A stretch of DNA of 49,313 nucleotides from an uncultured Thermotogae bacterium (GTDB lineage Bacteria > Bipolaricaulota > Bipolaricaulia > M55B111), in assembly GCA_964506635.1 (NCBI GenBank), contig CAZDMI010000002.1:1-49313 (forward strand). The letters are read 5' to 3'. A program made the translations under genes and the position numbers. Under the pieces are notes generated by a model. It saw nothing but the letters and a program-made list of their open reading frames with translations, was not told the origin of the DNA and did not search any database. Position 1 is the first letter of the stretch; every line of letters starts with the position of its first letter. Positions 9,567 through 18,024 of this stretch are shown here, one piece after another.

Positions 9567-10433
9567 ATGAAGATGAACAGTGTAGAAATTAAGGACACTT
9601 TTGCAGAAGCATGGGAACTAGAAGTTGTTAGGTTGGTAATAACGGCTATTTCGGAAGATATTGCCATGGAAGCCGCTCACCAATTCGTCGGTGCTGCCGG
9701 TTCCAGCGAATTAGGTTCAAACGTTTCCGGTGGAATTGAAGGTGCGGTCAGCCCTTCCGAAACTCCGGACGGTAGATCAGGAGTGGCTGTTCAGTTAACC
9801 ATGCCACCTGGAGAACACGAGCAACTAGTAGACCAGCTTGCCCTGAGGGTAGTACTATCAACTCTCGTTCCTTCCTGTGCAGTATTCGATTTCCCGGCAT
9901 CCGACGTAGAGACGGAAAGTATCGACCTTTACGGCGAAACTGAAGATAACTGGGAAGGGCACGACTGCGAGGAAGTAATTAGCGGGCACGAAATGGCCGT
10001 CACTCCAACGACTACTGGCAGTTTTAAGTACGAGAAAGAGGTAAGCTACTCTACGGAAGGTACTGATGGCCACTTTGTATGCTATGCCGATAACGAATCA
10101 GAAGCCATCTTCGCCGTAAAAGCAGCTAAAGCAGCAATAAAGGATATCGACGGTGTTTCGCCAATGGGATACGGACTCGAACAGGTGTACCGAGAATGGG
10201 ATTACGTACCCGCCCTGAGGGATGAGATAGAAGACAGTAAGGTTCCGGAAGACGTTAACTCGATACTCAACCTGTTGATGTTTGGATCCTCAATGGACAA
10301 AATGGAGAACGCAATGGAAGCTGGCCTTCGAGCAGCAACCAATTCCGGAGACTTAATCTCCATTGGTGCGATGAACTTTGGCGGTGAGTTCGGCAGTTAC
10401 GAATACCACCTTCACGATCTACTGGAAGCCTAA
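9567..10433 (+). CDS. Formylmethanofuran:tetrahydromethanopterin formyltransferase (Ftr/FhcD)-like protein
   Basis: 288 aa. VEIKDTFAEAW, SETPDGRSGVAV and the C-terminal MNFGGEFGSYEYHLHDLL align with remembered Ftr strings (VEIEDTFAEAF, ETPDGRPGV, GNFGGKLGQYEIHLHDL). Confidence 0.7.
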   Translation: MKMNSVEIKDTFAEAWELEVVRLVITAISEDIAMEAAHQFVGAAGSSELGSNVSGGIEGAVSPSETPDGRSGVAVQLTMPPGEHEQLVDQLALRVVLSTLVPSCAVFDFPASDVETESIDLYGETEDNWEGHDCEEVISGHEMAVTPTTTGSFKYEKEVSYSTEGTDGHFVCYADNESEAIFAVKAAKAAIKDIDGVSPMGYGLEQVYREWDYVPALRDEIEDSKVPEDVNSILNLLMFGSSMDKMENAMEAGLRAATNSGDLISIGAMNFGGEFGSYEYHLHDLLEA

Positions 10434-10447
10434 AAGAGGTGACCTAA

Positions 10448-11434
10448 ATGCGTTATCGAAAACTTGGTAGTACAGGCTTTAAGGTGTCTGAAATAGGATA
10501 CGGCGCCTGGGGAATAGGTGAAGGTGAATGGAAGGGGAGCTCGGAAGAAAAAGCATTCGAGTCACTAAACCTGGCAATAGACAACGGAGTTAACTTTATT
10601 GATACGGCTCTGGGCTATGGCGAAGGAAAAAGCGAGGAAATAGTGGGTGAGGCAGTAAGAAAACGGGACGAAAGGGTATACATCGGCACTAAAGTTCCGC
10701 CAAAGAACGATGAATACGTGCCCGGCCCCGAAGTACCTGTGGAAGAGGCTTATCCAAAGGACTGGATCCTTGAAGCAACCGAGAAGAGCCTTGAAAACCT
10801 AGGCCAGGACAAAATCGATTTTCTTCAACTCCATGTCTGGGTGGACGAGTGGGCAAAATCGGACGGTTGGAAAGAGGCGGTTTCAGAATTGAAAGATAGC
10901 GGGATGATCTCCTCTTTTGGATTGTCCCTGGTGTTCCCGTTTCCAGAAGAAGAGCCGAATTACCCGGCCAGAGCTATCGGAACGGGTCTAATAGATGCAT
11001 GTAACGTCGTCTACAACATTTACGAACAGGAGAAACCACAGGAAAACCTTTTCCCGCTCGCAGAAGAGGAAGAGGTAGGGGTGATTGCGAAGTCTCCCCT
11101 CGACGAAGGAGCGTTGACCGGTAAGATTACCCCGGAAACGGAATTTCCGGAAGACGACTGGAGAAACTGGTACTTTAGAGAAGACCGGAAAGAAGAAGTT
11201 TATCAGCGAGCTCAGGACCTGGAATGGATGATAGAGGAAGGGGAAGTAGACTCACTCCCCGAAGGTGCACTGAGGTTCGGGCTCAGTCACTCAGCAGTTT
11301 CTACGGTCATAGTTGGTATGCGGAGCCCGAAGCACGTGGAAGAGAACGTTAGCACCTCGGACAAGGGACCGCTACCCAAGAGCTACCTTGAAAGACTAGA
11401 GGACCACGCCTGGCATCACAATTACTGGGCTTAA
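10448..11434 (+). CDS. Aldo/keto reductase
   Basis: GYGAWGIG, FIDTALGYGEGKSE (Asp/Tyr), IGTKV (Lys) and LQLH (His) form the AKR catalytic tetrad pattern. SD AGAGGTGA. Confidence 0.85.
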   Translation: MRYRKLGSTGFKVSEIGYGAWGIGEGEWKGSSEEKAFESLNLAIDNGVNFIDTALGYGEGKSEEIVGEAVRKRDERVYIGTKVPPKNDEYVPGPEVPVEEAYPKDWILEATEKSLENLGQDKIDFLQLHVWVDEWAKSDGWKEAVSELKDSGMISSFGLSLVFPFPEEEPNYPARAIGTGLIDACNVVYNIYEQEKPQENLFPLAEEEEVGVIAKSPLDEGALTGKITPETEFPEDDWRNWYFREDRKEEVYQRAQDLEWMIEEGEVDSLPEGALRFGLSHSAVSTVIVGMRSPKHVEENVSTSDKGPLPKSYLERLEDHAWHHNYWA

Positions 11435-11446
11435 TTAATAAATAAC

Positions 11447-11490
11447 CCCCGGGGTAAAAAAGTTCTCTACCCCGGGGTAAATTTTTCTTT
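11447..11490 (+). terminator. Terminator/attenuator-like hairpin inside the cluster
   Basis: CCCCGGGGTA (11447-11456) pairs with TACCCCGGGG (11468-11477), giving a 10-bp GC-rich stem and an 11-nt loop. TAAATTTTTCTTT follows directly, before the ATG at 11491. Confidence 0.45.
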
Positions 11491-12870
11491 ATGTTTGAAC
11501 TCGTCATAAAAAACGGAACTATAGTGAATCCATCCGGGCGCTTTCGCGGTGACATCGGAATCAATGACCGGACCATCGAATCAGTATCGAAGAATCTAGA
11601 AGGAGAAAGCGAGATCGATGCTTCCGGTTGTTTTGTCGTTCCAGGTGGGGTAGACCCGCATACTCACTTAGAGATGCAATCGGGTGACCTGGTGACTGCC
11701 GATACATTTCATACCGGAACGATTGCGGCAAGCCACGGGGGGACTACCACAGTCATTGATTTCGTAGAGCCCGAGGAAGGCGTGTCATTGGAGGAGGCCT
11801 TTGAACGTAGAAAGGAAGCAGCGAATAACGAAGCTCAGCTGGACTATAGTTTCCATATGACGATTCCAAGCTGGCATGCAAGTCGGGGAATAGAGGAGCG
11901 GGAAATAAGGGGTTTAATGGATCAAGGAATTACCAGTTTTAAGTTATATCAGGCTTACGAGGGCTTAAAACTTGATGACGATCAACTTTACCAAGTCTTG
12001 AAAACACTGGGCTCTTTAAAAGGCTTACCAATAATCCACTCCGAAAACGGTCCTCTATCTAAGGCCCTCCAATCTGAAAAACTGGAAGAAAGCAAGTGTG
12101 AGCCACGATTCCACGCCGCGTCCAAACCCCCATTACAGGAGGCCGAAGCAGTAAGCAGGGCTATCGTTGTAGCCAACCTGGCTGACTCCCCCCTGTACGT
12201 AGTGCACGTGTCAGCGAAAAGATCCCTTCACAAAATACAAAAAGCAAGGAAGCGAGGCGAGGATATATACGGCGAAACCTGCCCGCAATACTTGCTCCTG
12301 GACAAAAAACTACTTGAGCAACCCAAAGGAGAAATGTACATTTGCTCTCCCCCTTTAAGAGAAGCAGAAGACCAAGAAGCTCTCTGGCAAAGCTTAAATT
12401 CTGGAGCTCTTCAGGTTGTGGCCACGGATCACGCTCCTTTTACGGAAGCAGAAAAGCTCAGCGGTAATGACTTTACTCAAGTTCCCGGCGGTCTTCCTTC
12501 AATAGAAGGCAGGTTAAGTTTCATTTATGATGCCGGGGTGAAAACTGGCAAGATTTCTCTGGAGAAGTGGGTAAGCATTACCTCAACTCGACCTGCTAGA
12601 ATCTTTGGTCTGGAAAAGAAAGGGTTGCTTGAACCGGGATACGATGCCGACATAGTTGTTTTTGATCCTCAAGTTAAACGGGAAATATCACCCGAGAATC
12701 TCCACGAAGACGTCGACTGGTCCCCTTACGAGGGGCTTCAGGTGGAAGGCTGGCCCAGGACAGTTATAAGTAAGGGGGAAGTTTTGATTTCAGAAGGAGA
12801 ATACCTCGGTAAAACTGAGAGAGGAGAGTTCGTCCAAAGAAAAATTTCGTCGGTATATTCAGACTTATAA
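11491..12870 (+). CDS. D-hydantoinase / dihydropyrimidinase (cyclic amidohydrolase)
   Basis: VPGGVDPHTHLEM, GGTTTVIDF, ITSFKLYQAY (carboxylated Lys), IHSENG, LYVVHVS, ATDHAPF and DADIVVFDP. Collinear with remembered D-hydantoinase sequences over the full length. Confidence 0.9.
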   Translation: MFELVIKNGTIVNPSGRFRGDIGINDRTIESVSKNLEGESEIDASGCFVVPGGVDPHTHLEMQSGDLVTADTFHTGTIAASHGGTTTVIDFVEPEEGVSLEEAFERRKEAANNEAQLDYSFHMTIPSWHASRGIEEREIRGLMDQGITSFKLYQAYEGLKLDDDQLYQVLKTLGSLKGLPIIHSENGPLSKALQSEKLEESKCEPRFHAASKPPLQEAEAVSRAIVVANLADSPLYVVHVSAKRSLHKIQKARKRGEDIYGETCPQYLLLDKKLLEQPKGEMYICSPPLREAEDQEALWQSLNSGALQVVATDHAPFTEAEKLSGNDFTQVPGGLPSIEGRLSFIYDAGVKTGKISLEKWVSITSTRPARIFGLEKKGLLEPGYDADIVVFDPQVKREISPENLHEDVDWSPYEGLQVEGWPRTVISKGEVLISEGEYLGKTERGEFVQRKISSVYSDL

Positions 12871-12885
12871 ATTAAACGGTGTAAA

Positions 12886-14199
12886 ATGAAATTATTACTC
12901 GGTAATTATTTAATAAATCCTCGTCAGGACCATCTCAAAAAAGAGTGTGGGGTCGCGATCGAGGATGGGATGATCAGGAAAGTAGCTGGCAACGGGAAAC
13001 TCCAGGAAGAGTATCCAGAGGCCGAAGTTATAGATTTAAGAGACAAGATCCTCTCTCCTGGGTTTATCAACTCTCACATGCATTCCTACGGTATTTTATC
13101 CCATGGAATAGAGACCCCAGAAATTGGCAGTTTCAAGGACTTTCTCGAAAAATTCTGGTGGCCAGAAGTGGAGAACCAAATAGACCATGGGTTAATAGAA
13201 ATTAGTACCAGGGCAGCCGCCTTAGAACTTATTAACAGTGGCGTTACAACATTTTGTAACGTTATGGAAGCACCCAATGCCCTCCCTGGAGCCCTTGCGA
13301 CACAGGCAGAGGTATTAGACCAGTTAAATGTCAGAGCCGTGCTGTCTTTTGAGGCTTCGGAAAGAATAAGCAGGGCCAATGGAAATAAGGGGCTCAAAGA
13401 AAACGTGGATTTCTCCCTCGAAAAGGAAAACGATTCCTTGCTCTCCGGTATGATGTGTGTCCATACCACTTTTACTTGTTCTCCGGATTTTATCGAAAAA
13501 GCGTCCGCTCTGAGCAAGGAAAACGGGCTCTCAGTTCAAATGCACCTGAATGAAAGTAGTTATGAACCCGAGGTATGCAAAGACCGGCATAACCTGGCCC
13601 CTGTACAGCTTTATCGAGATTTGGGGTTCCTGGATAACCACGTTTTGGCCTCTCAGGGGGTTAAGCTAAGCGAAGAAGAAATTCAGATTTTAAAGGATAA
13701 AGGAGTCAACCTCGCGCACGTCCCGCTGTCTAACTGTGAGGTTGGTGGGGGCATAGCTCCGGTTCCAGATTTACTCGAGAAAGGGATAAACGTTTCTTTA
13801 GGTACCGACGGATATATTAACAACTTCTTTGAAGTCATGCGCGCCGCTTTCTTGATCCACAAGGGAAACCTCGAGACACCAGACGTAATGCCCGCCAGAA
13901 AGGTCTTACAGTTAGCAACGGTTAACGGGGCAAACGCTTTTGGACTCAACAAGTTGGGACGTTTGAAAAAGGGGTATCGTGCCGACGTGATTGCGCTGGA
14001 TGCGGATTTCGAAACTCCTTTTCGGGACCACAATTATTACGAGCAGTTAATTATGAGGCGGAACCCCAAACACGTCAGAGACGTCTTCATCAACGGTAAT
14101 TCAGTAATGAGGAACGGCGAATTCACTTACACTTCTGTGGATTTGAAGTCGGCCAGAAAGGAATTAAACAAAGCAGCCCATAAACTTTGGAAAGGGTGA
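12886..14199 (+). CDS. Amidohydrolase-superfamily aminohydrolase (SsnA/chlorohydrolase-like)
   Basis: SPGFINSHMHSYG (HxH), VQMHLNESSYE (HxxE) and LGTDG (Asp). 437 aa. Confidence 0.75.
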   Translation: MKLLLGNYLINPRQDHLKKECGVAIEDGMIRKVAGNGKLQEEYPEAEVIDLRDKILSPGFINSHMHSYGILSHGIETPEIGSFKDFLEKFWWPEVENQIDHGLIEISTRAAALELINSGVTTFCNVMEAPNALPGALATQAEVLDQLNVRAVLSFEASERISRANGNKGLKENVDFSLEKENDSLLSGMMCVHTTFTCSPDFIEKASALSKENGLSVQMHLNESSYEPEVCKDRHNLAPVQLYRDLGFLDNHVLASQGVKLSEEEIQILKDKGVNLAHVPLSNCEVGGGIAPVPDLLEKGINVSLGTDGYINNFFEVMRAAFLIHKGNLETPDVMPARKVLQLATVNGANAFGLNKLGRLKKGYRADVIALDADFETPFRDHNYYEQLIMRRNPKHVRDVFINGNSVMRNGEFTYTSVDLKSARKELNKAAHKLWKG

Positions 14200-14206
14200 T
14201 ATCTTA

Positions 14207-15283
14207 ATGAATTTAGAAGTCTCTCTCCTTGGAAATACCCTAGAGAACCCGTTTGTTTTGGCTTCTGGCCCTTTAAGCTATAGCGCAGAAGGTATTATCA
14301 AGGCCGACCGGGCCGGGGCAGGGGCCATAGTAACTAAAACCATTCGCCAGGAGGCTGCGGAAAACCCTACCCCGCACATAGTTGAGTCGGACAATAATTC
14401 TTTGATAAACGCAGAAAAATGGTCCGACCTCCCCCCTGAACGATGGATCGAAGACGAAATACCCAGGGTAAATGACATCTCGGCCATGTTGATTGCAAGC
14501 ATAGGTCACACTGCCGCCGAAGTAGAAAGCTTTCTGGAGCCAGTTGAAGAAGCTGGAGCCGACGGGTTTGAACTCGTTTCTTATGACAGGAACACACTTT
14601 TGCCCATGGTAGAAAAGGCCCGTTCAATTACGAATAAGCCCGTACTCGTTAAGGTCAGCCCAAACTGGGATTCCCCGGTCGAAACTGCCCTGGAAGCACT
14701 TGAGGCCGGAGGAAGTGGGGTGACAGTAATGGATTCTCTGGGTCCGGTCCTGAAAATCGATATCGAAAAAGAGAGTCCACTGCTGGGTAGTGAAAACGGA
14801 ACTGGGTGGCTCAGTGGAGAAGCGATCAACCCGCTGATGCTAAGATACGTTGCACAGATCGCGAGTTCAACCGAAAAACCCATCATCGCCACTGGGGGGA
14901 TCACCTCGGCAGAAGACGCAATGGAAGCCTTGATGGCCGGCGCCGCTGCGACAGGGCTTTGCTCTGCCGCGATCTTGAAGGGAGTGGAGTACTTTGGAAC
15001 CCTCCGACAGGATATGGAGGATTTGATGAACTCCATGGAATATGAGACCCCATCGGAGGTAACTGGAGCGGCTTTGAAAAACGTAACCGGCAAGGAACAT
15101 TCAAACGAGTTGTCCTTCAAGTTCGATGAAAATAAATGCATAAACTGTGGCAGATGTGTGACTGTTTGCTCGTATGATGCCAGAAGTCTGGAAAATGGTA
15201 AGATGGAACTAAGTAAAGAGAGATGTAGACACTGCGGTCTGTGTGTATCAGTGTGTCCTACCGAGGCTTTAACTCATGAATAA
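14207..15283 (+). CDS. Dihydroorotate/dihydropyrimidine dehydrogenase-like flavoprotein with C-terminal 2x[4Fe-4S] ferredoxin domain (PreA-like)
   Basis: NPFVLASGPLS, IVTKTI and GGITSAEDA form a DHODH-type TIM barrel. The C-terminus has CINCGRCVTVCS and CRHCGLCVSVCP. SD AAGGGTGAT. Confidence 0.8.
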   Translation: MNLEVSLLGNTLENPFVLASGPLSYSAEGIIKADRAGAGAIVTKTIRQEAAENPTPHIVESDNNSLINAEKWSDLPPERWIEDEIPRVNDISAMLIASIGHTAAEVESFLEPVEEAGADGFELVSYDRNTLLPMVEKARSITNKPVLVKVSPNWDSPVETALEALEAGGSGVTVMDSLGPVLKIDIEKESPLLGSENGTGWLSGEAINPLMLRYVAQIASSTEKPIIATGGITSAEDAMEALMAGAAATGLCSAAILKGVEYFGTLRQDMEDLMNSMEYETPSEVTGAALKNVTGKEHSNELSFKFDENKCINCGRCVTVCSYDARSLENGKMELSKERCRHCGLCVSVCPTEALTHE

Positions 15284-15316
15284 GGGAAAGATTTTTATAC
15301 CCAAGGAGGATTCAAT

Positions 15317-17173
15317 ATGGGGCTAACCGCAGAAATTAACCTTTCGGAAAATCAGGTAAAAGTTAGAGAGACCGAAAAGGAACTCTATTCTAAATTTTTA
15401 GGGAGCAGGGGGTATGCAGCAAAAATACTCTATGACCGTGTTGGTCCCGAAGTGGATCCGCTAGATCCCGAGAACCTGCTCATATTTTCTACGGGGCCTC
15501 TAACCGGAACTCCCTGGCCAACTTCTGCTCGATACACTCTAACAGGAAAATCCCCTCTGACGGGAATATATGGATACTCTAATTCTTCCGGATATTTTGG
15601 CCCGGAGCTAAAAAAAGCAGGCTTCGACGCGCTTGTATTCTCAGGTGAGTCCTCCGAACCACAGGTTTTATTCATAGACAACCAGGACCTCCAATTAATC
15701 TCAGCTGATGAATACTGGGGTATGACTACAAAAGAAGTAGAGGATGAGCTCAAGGAAAGGTTTTCCGGAGTAAAAGTCGCCTCCATTGGACCCGCCGGAG
15801 AGAACCTGGTTAAGTTCTCTTCCGTAGTCAACGACTATAGCCGAACGGCAGCTCGCTGTGGTTTAGGAGCTGTTATGGGCTCTAAAAATTTGAAAGCCGT
15901 TGCCGTACGCGGCGAAGGTGAAGTCGACTACAGTTCTGAATTCGCGGATATTGCAAAACGGATGATGCAAAAAGTAGGGCAACACCCAGGTTCAAAATCC
16001 TTAAGAAAATGGGGTACTGCCCACTTAATAGGGCCCAAAAACGTCCGGGGAGATTTACCCACGAGAAATCATCAATACGCCCAGTTCAAAGACGCCGATC
16101 AGATAGACGCAAAGAGTCTGGATGAGTACGTTACGAAAAACTCGGGCTGTTATTCCTGTCCCATTGCCTGTTCTCGTCACTCTAAAGTGGATAAAGGTAA
16201 ATATAAGAGTGAAGTCGAGGGACCCGAGTACGAAACGATGGATTCCCTGGGGCCACTGGTGGGGAACGGTGATCTAGAATCCATCATACATGGAAACCTC
16301 TTATGCAATCGCCTTGGAATCGATACCATTTCTACGGGAGTAGTAATCGCCTTTGCAATGGAATGCCACGAAAATGGTTTACTGGATAGCGAGGACTTAA
16401 GCCTCGAATGGGGGGATAGCGAAACTGTTATCCAGCTAATTCAGGATATTTCTCACAGGCAAGGTTTAGGTGAAACACTGGCAGAGGGAGTTCAAGATGC
16501 CGCCAATAAAATAGGAGGCGGCGCTTCTTACTACGCTATGCACGTAAAAGGAATGGAGATGCCCAGACAAGAACCGAGAGTTTGTAAATCCTATGGCCTG
16601 GCTCATTCTACTTCTAATAGGGGCGCGGACCATCTTTACGCCTTACCTACAATAGATTTAACCAACAACGAGGAAGTCGGAGAAAGCTTCTTCTCCGAAT
16701 GTATGCCCGAGGTCCTTGATCACGTAGATGAGACCTGTAAGCCCGATATGATCGTCTTTACTGAAGCTTTTAACGCGATATCCGATGCACTGGGCGTCTG
16801 CAAATTCTCAACAACCGAGAACTTTGCTCTTTATCCCGAGGATCTCGCAAGAGGACTCAGTACTTTTAAAGAATTTGAGCTTGACGGAAAGGCTTTGATC
16901 AAGGCAGGAGAAAGAATTGTAAATCTAGAACGGATGTATAATCACCGTCATGGTATAGATAGAACGGACGATCAATTACCCGAGAGGATACTGGAAGAGC
17001 AAATATCGGTATACGACATGGACACCGGAGAACAGGTGGAAGAGGGTTTGGAAGTGGATTTAGCATCGATGCTCGACCGGTATTACGAATTGAGGGGTTG
17101 GACCGAGGACGGAACACCCAAAGCTTCCAAACTCGAGGAATTAGAACTGGGTAGTCTAATTGAAGACATATAA
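15317..17173 (+). CDS. Tungsten-type aldehyde:ferredoxin oxidoreductase family protein (AOR paralogue 2)
   Basis: 618 aa. CYSCPIAC plus GVCKFST cysteines, EYE and GADHLY. Collinear with the AOR at 2459-4345. SD AGGAGG. Confidence 0.9.
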   Translation: MGLTAEINLSENQVKVRETEKELYSKFLGSRGYAAKILYDRVGPEVDPLDPENLLIFSTGPLTGTPWPTSARYTLTGKSPLTGIYGYSNSSGYFGPELKKAGFDALVFSGESSEPQVLFIDNQDLQLISADEYWGMTTKEVEDELKERFSGVKVASIGPAGENLVKFSSVVNDYSRTAARCGLGAVMGSKNLKAVAVRGEGEVDYSSEFADIAKRMMQKVGQHPGSKSLRKWGTAHLIGPKNVRGDLPTRNHQYAQFKDADQIDAKSLDEYVTKNSGCYSCPIACSRHSKVDKGKYKSEVEGPEYETMDSLGPLVGNGDLESIIHGNLLCNRLGIDTISTGVVIAFAMECHENGLLDSEDLSLEWGDSETVIQLIQDISHRQGLGETLAEGVQDAANKIGGGASYYAMHVKGMEMPRQEPRVCKSYGLAHSTSNRGADHLYALPTIDLTNNEEVGESFFSECMPEVLDHVDETCKPDMIVFTEAFNAISDALGVCKFSTTENFALYPEDLARGLSTFKEFELDGKALIKAGERIVNLERMYNHRHGIDRTDDQLPERILEEQISVYDMDTGEQVEEGLEVDLASMLDRYYELRGWTEDGTPKASKLEELELGSLIEDI

Positions 17174-17342
17174 ACAATGAACCTGACAAATTTTCAAAAG
17201 AAATAAAAGTAAAAATCAATCTGTGAAGAAAGCAGAAGTAAAAACTGAATTCTTTTTTGTTGCACGTATTACCTAACTTAAGTAAAATAATGATCCTATT
17301 GATAATTGTATGACAGCTTTACAAAACATAAGGAGGAAAAGT

Positions 17343-18023
17343 ATGCCGGACGATCAAATATTGGTGAACCTGCAAGAAGCGGTGAAAGAGATGGACCAGG
17401 AAGCCGCAGAAGAGGCGGCTCAAAAAGTGGTTGATGAGGATAGGGATATCCTCGAAGCAATAGAGGCTGCTACCGAAGCAATAAGAGAAGTGGGGGACTG
17501 GTTCCAGGAAGGAGAGATATATTTACCTGAACTTACCTGGGGAGCAGAGGCCATGCAAGGGGCAATGGATATTCTTAAACCACATTTAGAGGACAAGGAC
17601 GCATCAGAAACTAGCAAGGTGCTCATTGCTGCAGTCAAAGGGGATATACACGACGTTGGTAAAAACCTTGTCGACATAATGCTGGACATATCCGGCTTCG
17701 AGATAGAAAATATCGGTACAGATATTCCTTCCATGGATATAATCGATAAAGCCGAGGAGATGGGCGCAGATATCATCGGCTTATCCGCCTTAATGACTAC
17801 TTCTATCCCTTACCAAAAAGAGGTAATCAATTTACTAGAGGATATGGATAAAAGGGAAGAATTCTACGTAGCTGTTGGTGGTGGGCCTGTCTCAAAGGAA
17901 ATAGCCCAGGATATGGGGGCTGACATCTGGGCTAAGAACGCGGCAGGTGCAGTAAAGGCATGTGAACGAGCACTGGAATCACCTTCGAAACCTTCAGAAG
18001 ATTTCGTCTTTGAGGAGGATTAA
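17343..18023 (+). CDS. Corrinoid (cobalamin)-binding methyl-carrier protein, MtmC/MtbC/MttC-like
   Basis: DxHxxG motif (DIHDVGKN), LSALMTT (SxL) and VAVGGGP. The ATG at 17343 is preceded by AGGAGG, so the in-frame upstream ATG at 17310 is less likely. Confidence 0.85.
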   Translation: MPDDQILVNLQEAVKEMDQEAAEEAAQKVVDEDRDILEAIEAATEAIREVGDWFQEGEIYLPELTWGAEAMQGAMDILKPHLEDKDASETSKVLIAAVKGDIHDVGKNLVDIMLDISGFEIENIGTDIPSMDIIDKAEEMGADIIGLSALMTTSIPYQKEVINLLEDMDKREEFYVAVGGGPVSKEIAQDMGADIWAKNAAGAVKACERALESPSKPSEDFVFEED

Positions 18024-18024
18024 T

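Noticed and set aside
14273-15141. Minus-strand and alternative-frame ORFs inside the PreA-like gene (for example 14581-15141, 186 aa)
   Set aside because: Antisense or overlapping a gene with clear DHODH and ferredoxin motifs. No RBS and no family resemblance.
17310-18024. Upstream in-frame starts offered by the track for the corrinoid protein (17310) and the methyltransferase (17962)
   Set aside because: The downstream ATGs at 17343 and 18025 each have a well-spaced GGAGG-type RBS. The 17962 start would also overlap the corrinoid gene by 62 nt and adds a non-homologous peptide.
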